From an uncultured Verrucomicrobiae bacterium (GTDB taxonomy: Bacteria > Verrucomicrobiota > Verrucomicrobiia > Chthoniobacterales > JAFAMB01), in NCBI GenBank assembly GCA_963837955.1, contig CAWIPH010000002.1, positions 1,792,001 to 1,856,000 on the forward strand: a DNA stretch of 64,000 nucleotides. Direction: 5' to 3'. A program made the position numbers and the translations under genes. The notes below the pieces were generated by a model. It was given only the letters and a program-made list of their open reading frames with translations, made no database searches and was not told the DNA's origin. Shown here piece after piece: positions 50,601 to 58,388 of this stretch (positions within the stretch are counted from its first letter, which is position 1; the number at the start of each line of letters is the position of its first letter).

Positions 50601-51027
50601 CTTTAAGAGCTGCTACGCCGAATATGATCCCGATTACCACAAGGCGAGGCGAGCGGAAGAAAAATTGAACACCAGGTTCAAAGGGTTTCAGCCGCAGACC
50701 AAGATGGAAAAGTGGGGACCGTTTCTTGTGTTTCTGCTTTCGCTTTTAGTGTTCGTCGCGGCTCAGGCATTGTTCTTCTTGCCACTCTTCCATCTATGGG
50801 AAATCAAATCACCGCTGGAATTCCCTAACTATTGCTTATTAACTTTCGCGGCGCTCCTCTTTATTATTGCGGGACTCTATTTGCCCCAAATCCTGAAACT
50901 GAAAGTTGGAGTAATCCAACTCGAGAAAAACTCGATCGACCAAATCTCCAGCGGACCCATCACCATCGAACCGCTGGTCAGGTCATCCACCGGATCGTCA
51001 TCGGGCCGTTCGCAATCGAGTATCTGA
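47671..51027 (+). CDS. Large TPR-repeat protein with two C-terminal TM helices
   Basis: About 15 regular 34-aa repeats alternating YNWGIALARLGK and YNAWGNALLDLG, further divergent TPRs, then two hydrophobic helices. Confidence 0.93.
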   Translation: MSELSKQTRLEDLITRCRKTIDLGTADAGIYNEWGYALLGLAKPQEAIVQFEQAIKKKPDYLFAHYNWGIALARLGKHEESIAKYKEAIAIDPDYADAYNAWGNALLELGKPREALTQFEQAIKKKPDYLFPHYGWGLALGRLGKHEEAIVKYKEAIAIDTDYADAYSQWGRALLDLNRPQEAIEQFEQAIKRTPDHLLAYYNWGLALGQLGKHEEAIAKFEKAISIDSNFADSYNQLGKALVDSKRPQEAIAQFQQAIQKKPDHLLARYNWGIALARLGKPEEAIAKYKEAIDIDPKFADAYHAWGSALLDLGKPQEAIAQFEQAIQKKPGHLSARYNWGIALARLGKQEEAIAKYKEAIRLNNNYASAYNAWGKVLLDLGQPREAVGKFEEAIQKEKNHLYAHYNWGLALGRLGKPEEAIAKYQEAIGIDPNYADAYNAWGNALLDFGRPQEAIEKYRQAIDLAKEPHVYAHRNLGIALARLGKQEGAIAKYKEAVGLNGNYADAYNDWGNALLDLGRSAEAIEQYKQAIAAYERATNKQGEYAYAYYNWGRAVGRTGGAINGDELEETLSGDSGKMAAELYRGLGSELVEQKRYDEAVNWYGRAVEKQPENVAALFAWGVALSNLQRHQEALDRYGEAARYDPYHAYSLNNRADILRLQGRFPESMEEWQKAKTAYEHVSRTYGETSRQADFHYYYGAMLHEIFGELDEAEERLLDGLRRDPSHEGCLHQLTMLYLEKKDIFATGFWRRLAHDDVLAEDRVRFYWQAQEYYRKAKTILSAGRLGGQPEARNLQLLVKLHFAMEDSSAAEEAVRELEKLEPDSSATLSFRGRLWLQKERFKKAVECFEAAACRDPDFLVSQANLAEAYRKAGQLDKAEAIFSKNLSVSWRHVESHFGLGNVYIEMGEAGEADLFEQAISHLTSGINLLKDGSCSKRLNKKVLAEALYLRGYAKVKCHEAPKTHRDFRYLREARRDFKSCYAEYDPDYHKARRAEEKLNTRFKGFQPQTKMEKWGPFLVFLLSLLVFVAAQALFFLPLFHLWEIKSPLEFPNYCLLTFAALLFIIAGLYLPQILKLKVGVIQLEKNSIDQISSGPITIEPLVRSSTGSSSGRSQSSI

Positions 51028-51243
51028 GGAAGACAGGCGGAATTCAGAATTCAGAAGAGGAACGGAGATTATCTCAATGCGGAAAGCGAATAGGAGAGTT
51101 CCAAATACGTAAGATTACGTATTTACGTCGGACTCAATGATCAATTGAATGTGACCAGCAGTGGCGTCTGGGCGCAGGTTACAGTTATTCGGATTCGAGA
51201 CTGTCACAAAGTTATGGGCAGAATCAAGAATAGAAGAAGTACG

Positions 51244-51660
51244 ATGAAAATTAAACCACGTTGGATTAGTCTACTTTCTGGTATTTGTGCGCTCGCTCTT
51301 GTTGCTGGACGCGCTAACGCGAGCCAAGAGTCCGGCGATACTTCCGGATCAAGTCAGGATGACCAAGTCTATGAACGGTTCGTTGACATAGCAAACCGAT
51401 CAAATATCGACTTACGAAGTCATGGGAGCTATACCAAGCAATATGTAGTGGAGCGCGCGCACCTTTTTTGTGACTTAATGCAATCCCAAGACATTACTAA
51501 ACTAACAAGCGAAATTAGCTTCCCTCCTGTGCGTAATTGGTCAGAAACCACGAAAGATAGGTCTAGACTCGAGGCAGCAATCCTCATGGCGGGAACGCCG
51601 ATATATTGCCCAGACCTATCACCAACGGCTGATCAATGGCTTCGAACCTACATGAGATGA
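51244..51660 (+). CDS. Secreted DUF732-like protein
   Basis: Signal peptide MKIKPRW...ANA; cysteine pair HLFCDLM...IYCPD. Confidence 0.6.
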   Translation: MKIKPRWISLLSGICALALVAGRANASQESGDTSGSSQDDQVYERFVDIANRSNIDLRSHGSYTKQYVVERAHLFCDLMQSQDITKLTSEISFPPVRNWSETTKDRSRLEAAILMAGTPIYCPDLSPTADQWLRTYMR

Positions 51661-51894
51661 GATTTTTGAATACGGTTTGCAAAAGGTAGAGGCGCCGAGT
51701 TGTCTGCGGATCAGCACACCGATATGCTCCTTTAGTAGACGATCCTTAACGGGGTAATAATTACATCCAGGCGGGGTGTTTCAATGCGCGGGACGAAACC
51801 GTCGTTTCCCGGTCATGGCGAGTTCCTGCACTCCCACCTGTTGATCATAAATTTGGTGGCTCGGCGGTGGAGATCTAAAAGCCAAGGACCGTAC

Positions 51895-52708
51895 ATGAAA
51901 AGCAGTCAATCGGAGAAACACTCTAAGGAATTGTACGTCGTAGTCTCGGCAGCTCTGGGCGCAGGCTTTTCGAGTATAATCTTCTTGTGGTTGACGTGGT
52001 CACTTGCAAAGGGAGTTTTTGATTGGCTCCACTTTGTGCTGGTCGTTTTGGTGATGTATGTGGCGTCGCGGAGTTTCTTCGACCCGTTACAAGAACTGCT
52101 GACAAAGCCCTTCATCCGCGGCCACGAGGGCGATGAAAGAGCAGCTATCCGTCCGCGCTCGGTGCGTGCCCTTCTGTTGGGTATTGTCCTGTCCCTAGCT
52201 CTCGGGGAGCATGCGATCATTGATTTGCTGATGAAGAACCCCGGAAGCGTTCTGCTAGAGGTACTAAGCTCTTTTTTTGATAGTCGGGCTAGTAACGTTC
52301 ATTTGGATTCGGGGCGCTCGAGTGAAACCGCCTCGTGCTGCTTGGTGGAGCGCAGTGGGATTTGGACTGAGCAGCGAGGTGATCGCCGTGGGAGTATTTG
52401 CTTGGAGCATATTTCAACACGCAGTTCCCATTGACGTGGCAACCGTGAACGCATTCGCAGCATACTTTTTAAAGAATCTCGTGGCGGGTTTTCTAGCTGG
52501 ATGGGTACTCGACCTGGGATTAGGGATTTACCGGGGCACTGGTGCATGCCTCGGCTTACTGCTAGGCTTATTTCTCTTCGATGCTCTAGCCTTCGCACTC
52601 GGCGCGAATCCCCTTGAGGCTATGTTGTCCGAACTATTTTTGTCTTTTGGCTGGGCCCTCGGTTTGGTGATGTGCCGTTATTCGGATGAGGTTCTGGCGC
52701 GACGCTAG
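51895..52708 (+). pseudogene. Polytopic membrane protein frameshifted at a T7 run (52272-52278)
   Basis: Two hydrophobic ORFs (51784-52434 and 52277-52708) fuse if one T is removed. Confidence 0.7.
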
Positions 52709-53255
52709 AAACTTGCCTGAGTTCGCTTTTCGGGGAGCTTGGATTTCGCATCAATGATCCTCTCATTCACAACGTTTGCGGATCAGTGAGCGGATGCAGA
52801 ATCTCTCGCAGGAGAAAGCCTTGCCGGAAAATCGCCGGTCACACTCCGGAAGCATTCCGGAATGACCGTACAGAAATTAGCCAAAAGACTAATGCCCTAC
52901 TTCTTAAGATTGTTCCTGATCTTGAAGGATAGATACAGTAGGAACACAAATACCGCGATAATAACGATGGCGATCATAGGACGATTGTATCTATAGATTC
53001 AGAATGTGTAGAGCAGTTAATCTAACTGTAGGGGAAATCACTTGCCGGCAGAGGGTGATGGTGCCGCTTCAGGATTGCCTCGGCATTCCTGCGAATACGA
53101 ATCTTCTCATTTAGAAGCCGTCAATAGGGCTAGGAAGGCGGCGAAGGTATGCAATACGTCGAAATGCGTAGCGCCCAGCGGCGTAGCTTTCCTGAAGACC
53201 TCTTCGCGGTAAGAGAGGGTCGCGTAAGCAACGCACCGACCGCCGAACGGTTCAA

Positions 53256-53318
53256 CCTTTGCTCCTTCCTTCTGTTCAAAGAAAATCTCTGTGTTTTTGT
53301 GTTTCTTTTGCGGCTATT
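53256..53318 (+). repeat. ~65-bp CT-rich dispersed repeat (family C)
   Basis: CCTTTGCT...AATCTCTGTGTT...TCTTTTGCGGCTATT; copies at 55728-55797 (inverted), 55837-55904 (degenerate) and 55981-56045. Confidence 0.8.
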
Positions 53319-53433
53319 TCAGGGCCTCTGTTTTCTCTGTTAGCTTCTGTTCAATTCGAAAACGAGGACGACGACGAGCACGAGGACGATTGTGGTTACA
53401 GTCGGCCCGCGTAGATGACTCGCGCTAGTCGTC

Positions 53434-54420
53434 TCAGCTCGGCATCCTGAAGAAACGTTTTCCCCGTTCCGGATGATTTGTAGTTTCATCAATTGCAGTC
53501 TCGAAATCTTCTAGAGGATGTAGCCCACCAACGGAAACTTTGAATTCCGCCCGCCCGGAGATTTCCGCGATCTCTCGCAGCAACTCCATGTCACCCTCTT
53601 CCGGCGGTGTGAAAAAGTAACGGTAGATAGATGACTTGATCGCGCTGCCCTTCATCAAGACGTCAAAGTTGTGCAGGTTAAATTTTTCTGGGCTGTAACC
53701 GCCGTACAAGACTATCTGCCCGCCAACGGCGCTGCTTCTGATAAGTTCGCCCACGAGAGGTCCGCCCACGCAGTCGATGACGCCGTTAACCCCCTCGTTC
53801 TGTGTGATTTCCATGATCCGCTGACCGACGGGTTTGGAGAGGCTCGAGAGTTCGATCACTTCAGATGCTCCCCGGGCTTTCAAGTCCAAAGCTTTTTGGG
53901 CTCGTCTCACGATGGAGATGACATTGATGCTTTTGAGCTTTGCGAACTGCGAGACCATCGTTGCAACGGTTGAGTTGCCAGCTGTGAGCGCCAGCCATTG
54001 ACCTGCCCGGACTCGAGACTCGTTGAGCAAATCCCAGGCAGTGATTGGGTTTACGAATTGAGCGGCTTTTTCAATCGGATAGTCCGATGGAAGCGGGATT
54101 AGCCATTCGGCGGGTACCGCGGCATATTCCGCCCAAGTGTTGTAATGGCTGAAAGCGACCTGAGTCCCTGGCTTGAATGGGACTTCGTTACCGACTTTCG
54201 TGATGATGCCCGCGCCATGGTTTCCAGCGATCTGTTGCGGAAAATGAGGCTTTTTCGGTTCCGGATAGAGGTTCTGAATAAAGAGAAAATCCCCGGGATT
54301 AATTGAAGCCGCAGTCATCTTGACCAGCACTTCTTTATCTCCGATCTCCGGAATCGGAACATCGCGAATCTGCAGAACTTCCAAAGGGGAGCCAATTTTG
54401 TCGAAGACGATTGCTTTCAT
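53434..54420 (-). CDS. MDR-family NAD(P)H quinone/enoyl oxidoreductase
   Basis: INPGD, VNPITAW, TAGNSTVA and IDCVGG; no catalytic Zn ligands. Confidence 0.88.
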   Translation of the reverse strand: MKAIVFDKIGSPLEVLQIRDVPIPEIGDKEVLVKMTAASINPGDFLFIQNLYPEPKKPHFPQQIAGNHGAGIITKVGNEVPFKPGTQVAFSHYNTWAEYAAVPAEWLIPLPSDYPIEKAAQFVNPITAWDLLNESRVRAGQWLALTAGNSTVATMVSQFAKLKSINVISIVRRAQKALDLKARGASEVIELSSLSKPVGQRIMEITQNEGVNGVIDCVGGPLVGELIRSSAVGGQIVLYGGYSPEKFNLHNFDVLMKGSAIKSSIYRYFFTPPEEGDMELLREIAEISGRAEFKVSVGGLHPLEDFETAIDETTNHPERGKRFFRMPS

Positions 54421-54521
54421 ATCAATTACCGACGGTGAACCGGCTCAGATCTCATCGAAAGGTGGCACTTCTGACAAATGCTATGCGAAAAGGGACACGT
54501 AGGCGTCCCGATCGTAATGGC

Positions 54522-54699
54522 GTAGCCTGATCCTCCGGCTCAGGAACCCAGAGCTGCCGCGATAGGTGAGAGGTGAGATGTGATCGGTGAAGGGCGGAGC
54601 CTATCGTTAAAAATCCTGGACAGGAATCTCCCACCGCGTCTCACTAATCACAGTTCACTGATGACTAACACGCACCCTGAGGCTGGAGCATCAGGCTAC
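54522..54699. repeat. GTAG-ended REP doublet (family D)
   Basis: GTAGCCTGAT...ATCAGGCTAC; same arms in opposite orientation at 58010-58169. Confidence 0.8.
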
Positions 54700-54755
54700 G
54701 GCTTCAGCTACGTTGTGATTGGCAATTCTAACCAGGTGTATGCTAAAATGGCCGC

Positions 54756-55703
54756 GTGCACGTGGTGGTCTATCTCCCGTCCGCTTTTTACTCCGCCATC
54801 GCATCGACCGTCGTGGAAACGCTGCAAGCGGTAAACGATGTCCATGGCTCACAGCTTTTTTCATTCGAGTTTGTGGCCAAACATTCGAGAGCCGTTTCCA
54901 AGTCGGGGATTTCTTTTCCAGCCAAGATTCGTCCTTCTAAAAAAATGGACGTACTGATCCTTCTGGCAGGGTTGCGCCCAGAGGTTTCTGAAACCCTTCG
55001 ACTGTTGGATGAAGAGAGCAAGCATACGGAGCCCTTGATTAAGCTGGCCCAACGGCAGGGAGCGGTTATCGCCTCGACCTGCGGAGCCGCGTATCTGCTC
55101 GCGGCTTCTGGCCTCTTGGATGGAAAACGTTCAACCATCTCATGGTGGTTGAAAAAAGAAGCCAGCCGTCGATTTCCGCAGGTCCGGTGGGAGCCTTCCC
55201 GGCTGATCGTTCGGCAAGGGCGGGTTTACACTTCCGGAGCGGCATTCTCCGGTCTTGAACTCATTACAACTTTGCTGATTGACCTGGGCTTTGCCAAAGA
55301 GGAACGCCAAGTCCGGAAGCTGATGGTTCTGCCTCCATCTCGTGAATTTCAAAGCCCCTACGAGATGCCAATTCCGGAAGAGATTGATGTTTTCGAAAAG
55401 AAACTGAATGCGCTTTCCAAGGAGAATTTGCAGCACCTCAATATTGAGTTTCTGGCCCAACGGCTCGGTATGTCACCCAGAACATTGTCCCGAAGATTCT
55501 TTGATGAACTCCAAACCAGTCCTGGGAAATGGATTCAAGAAAAGCGATTAGCTACGGCACGAACGTTACTCGAGGTGACGAAACTCAGTGTTTCCGAAGT
55601 CTGTTATCGAGTGGGTTATCAAGATCTCGCTTCATTCAGCCGGCTTTTCGCCAAAACGACCGGGATGCGGCCCGGAGAATTTCGAAAGCAGATTCAACGG
55701 TAG
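54756..55703 (+). CDS. GlxA-family regulator (DJ-1/PfpI plus AraC)
   Basis: ASTCGAAYLLAASGLLDGKRSTISW; MSPRTLSRRF and VGYQDLASFSRLF. Confidence 0.93.
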   Translation: MHVVVYLPSAFYSAIASTVVETLQAVNDVHGSQLFSFEFVAKHSRAVSKSGISFPAKIRPSKKMDVLILLAGLRPEVSETLRLLDEESKHTEPLIKLAQRQGAVIASTCGAAYLLAASGLLDGKRSTISWWLKKEASRRFPQVRWEPSRLIVRQGRVYTSGAAFSGLELITTLLIDLGFAKEERQVRKLMVLPPSREFQSPYEMPIPEEIDVFEKKLNALSKENLQHLNIEFLAQRLGMSPRTLSRRFFDELQTSPGKWIQEKRLATARTLLEVTKLSVSEVCYRVGYQDLASFSRLFAKTTGMRPGEFRKQIQR

Positions 55704-55727
55704 TTCGGTCCCAACCGAACGCAATGA

Positions 55728-56045
55728 AATAGCCGCAAAAGAACACAAAGAGCACAGAGATTTTCTTTAAACAGAAGGTAGCAAAGGAAGCAAAGGGGGA
55801 CTTCCTTTTCAAGTTTCACACAAGATCGCAAAGAGACCTTGCTAACTTTGCTTCTTTCTGTTCGTGAAGAGACCTTTGTGCTCTTCGCGTTTCTTTGTGG
55901 TTATCCCGGAGTTGCTTTGTAGAGCGCCAAAGGCCGATCGATCGAATTGGAAACACCGTTGGCGATCCGAAATGACCCCACCTTTGCTTCTTTGCCTTCA
56001 GTTCAAAGAGAATCTCTGTGTTCTTTGTATTCTTTTGCGGCTATT
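55728..56045. repeat. Cluster of three family C repeats
   Basis: AATAGCCGCAAAAGAACACAAAGAGCACAGAGATT facing AATCTCTGTGTTCTTTGTATTCTTTTGCGGCTATT. Confidence 0.8.
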
Positions 56046-56077
56046 TGGTTGCGCCCATCGGCAGAATCGAGCGTCAG

Positions 56078-57115
56078 TTAACCCTTCTTTGATCGCGATC
56101 GTACCGCGCTAGATTTTGGCGGCGGTAAAGCTGTCTGCCCTGGATCGAAACAATCTAACATGTCGTCAACCGTATCCAGGCGCGGGTTGATTGACTCGAT
56201 TCCCAGGAGGGTCTGGACGAACTTAACCAGGCTGATATGCGAACGAAGAGTGTGCGATATGTTGCCGGGCTTGGCGTATGGACTGATCACGAGGCAGGGC
56301 ACGCGAGAGCCGTACCGAAATTGTTGTCCGTTAAATGCGGGAAAGGCGTCGGCTGGGCGCTGAGCCTTTTTGCTGTCCCACTTCTCCACATTCGGCGGTT
56401 CTACGTGATCGAACCAGCCGCCCCAGTCATCCCATGTCACGAAAATGGCCGTCCGACCCCAAAGTCCGCCTTGCACAATCGCCTGAATTTGGTCAACAGT
56501 CCATTGCATGCCGTCAGTGACGTTTTGCGGTGGGTGTTCGCTCCGTGACGGTCTACCCTCGCCGTAAAGCCAGGTAACGGCCGGCAGCTGTCCGGCAGAT
56601 GCGTGCTGGACAAAGAGATCCGATCCGTAGTTCGAACGATGCCCGGCGAGTTCTTTGATGTAGTGAAATGCGTAACCCCCATAATTGGCCCAGGTCATGC
56701 CTGCCTTCTCCAATGCTAGCGGGAGTGAACGCAGGTCATAACTGTCTTTCGGCGACGGACGATAATGATTGTGAGGGTTATTGATAACCGGCGCATCCGC
56801 GCAGATGAGCATCAAGTGGTTGGGCGTCGAAGGTCCGGCAACTTCGGAGAAGTAGTTGTCACACAGCGTGTACTGCCTCGCGAGCGCGAAATAAGCAGGG
56901 ATATCCTTCTCGGAGTACTGTACTCGGTACCTCGTCTCGTTGGCCCGCTGTTCCCATGCTTCATGTCGATGGTCCGGATCGCCGGGAGGCGGGTTTTGGG
57001 CGGCAGCAAGCTGGGCGCCGTTCGCGCCAGGGAAAGTCCCGAAATAGTTGTCGAAGGTATGATTTTCCTTAACAATAATTACCACGTGATCGATTCGACT
57101 GGTGAGTTCAGTCAT
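56078..57115 (-). CDS. Phosphoesterase (phospholipase C/acid phosphatase family), no signal peptide
   Basis: IDHVVIIVKENHTFDNYFG, GPSTPNH, SEHP, TWDDWGGWFDHV and YGSRVP; ATG 57115. Confidence 0.92.
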   Translation of the reverse strand: MTELTSRIDHVVIIVKENHTFDNYFGTFPGANGAQLAAAQNPPPGDPDHRHEAWEQRANETRYRVQYSEKDIPAYFALARQYTLCDNYFSEVAGPSTPNHLMLICADAPVINNPHNHYRPSPKDSYDLRSLPLALEKAGMTWANYGGYAFHYIKELAGHRSNYGSDLFVQHASAGQLPAVTWLYGEGRPSRSEHPPQNVTDGMQWTVDQIQAIVQGGLWGRTAIFVTWDDWGGWFDHVEPPNVEKWDSKKAQRPADAFPAFNGQQFRYGSRVPCLVISPYAKPGNISHTLRSHISLVKFVQTLLGIESINPRLDTVDDMLDCFDPGQTALPPPKSSAVRSRSKKG

Positions 57116-57466
57116 CGTTTTGATCTTTGCTCGGTCGCTCGAGATTTGTTTGCTTAGCCATAATGTATGGAGGTGGAACGTTTGAAAAGTCGAACAGTTT
57201 AGCGGCTGAGCGGCGAGCAGCAACAAGCTACTGATGATTAGTGATTGGTGATTAGTGAAAGGAACGGCGAATAGGATGGCCAGAGATTTCTGCCGAGGTT
57301 TTTTGCCGATAGGCTCCGCCATTCACCGATCACCAATCACTTCTCACCAATCACCAGTAGCTTCCTGAGCCAGGCTTGTCCGCCGTAGTTTGTGGGTTGC
57401 GCGGGCGGAACGAAGGAGGAAGGATCAGGCTACCAATCGACTTCGTGAAAATATTCCGTGGTTCTC

Positions 57467-57493
57467 GGGAATAAATCGGGGATCCAATCGTTT
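57467..57493 (+). promoter_or_regulatory. Candidate ECF promoter of tatA
   Basis: GGGAAT-N17-GTTT ending 8 nt before ATG 57502. Confidence 0.5.
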
Positions 57494-57501
57494 GGAATCA
57501 T

Positions 57502-57729
57502 ATGAACATGCTTGCATTTGGCTTCGGGAATTTGGCTGGTCCTGATCTGATAATCATTCTAGCCATCGTGCTTATCCTCTTCGGAGCAAAAAAGTTACCT
57601 GACTTGGCGCGGGGACTCGGTCAGAGCATGAATGAGTTCAGAAAAGGGCGGGAAGATTCGGAACGAGACGCGCATGGTGCTGGTGCTCAACCGCAGCCCA
57701 AGCCAGTGGATGCGAGCAAGGAAAACTGA
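57502..57729 (+). CDS. tatA: Twin-arginine translocase TatA/TatE subunit
   Basis: IIILAIVLILFGAKKLPDLARGLGQSMNEFRKG. Confidence 0.95.
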   Translation: MNMLAFGFGNLAGPDLIIILAIVLILFGAKKLPDLARGLGQSMNEFRKGREDSERDAHGAGAQPQPKPVDASKEN

Positions 57730-58009
57730 TTGTTGGGAGCCCTTGCTGACGTTCCCCCAGATGGATCTCTGGTGGGATAGTGACTAAGACCGCAACGAAG
57801 CGATGAGTCCAACGTAGAGAGCCAACACCAAGGCGCTCGTTACCGAAAACTCAAACAAATCGCCGGATAACCTTCGCGGTCTGTGCCAGCGTTCCGCTGA
57901 TCTTCCTGCGAAAACGTGACGGAACAAATGGCGCGCACCCATAAAAAATTGGCTTTCTAATTATATTGACTGTGCGCGGGACGTAATTATTCCCACAATC
58001 GTTACAACT

Positions 58010-58169
58010 GTAGCCTGATGCTTCAGCCTCAGGGTGGGTGGCTGTGAAAGTATGGATGAACGGTGAACCCCTACAGGGCAAATCCCGTCAAAATCTTCGC
58101 AACCCTGGCGTTAATCACTTCTCACCTCTCACTTCAGCCTGGGTCCCTGAGCCAGGAGGATCAGGCTAC
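58010..58169. repeat. GTAG-ended REP doublet (family D, inverted copy)
   Basis: Reverse complement matches both arms of 54522-54699. Confidence 0.8.
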
Positions 58170-58388
58170 TCCCGCGCCATTCGCGGTTCACACTTGGCTA
58201 CCGTTCGGGGCAAAGAGCGGGCTTTCGAGGCGTGATAGCTTTTCTCTGCAAGCTACCGAATCGCGGCCGTCATCTCTATGATAGATGAACTAGGCGACGA
58301 TCGGTCATGAAAACGATGCAAAATGGCTCGTCAGGCTTGCACCCGTTGGGTAAAATCCTAACCTCAAGAGACTTGGAGCACAGTTTGC

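Noticed and set aside
57116..57322. N-terminal extension (signal peptide) of the phosphoesterase in the ORF track
   Set aside because: The extension runs through heptamer repeats and lacks a Tat or Sec pattern; ATG 57115 fits the family start better.
58065..58115. c-di-GMP-I riboswitch-like CAGGGCAAA
   Set aside because: No GAAA-capped P2 stem or matching downstream elements; it lies inside a REP doublet.
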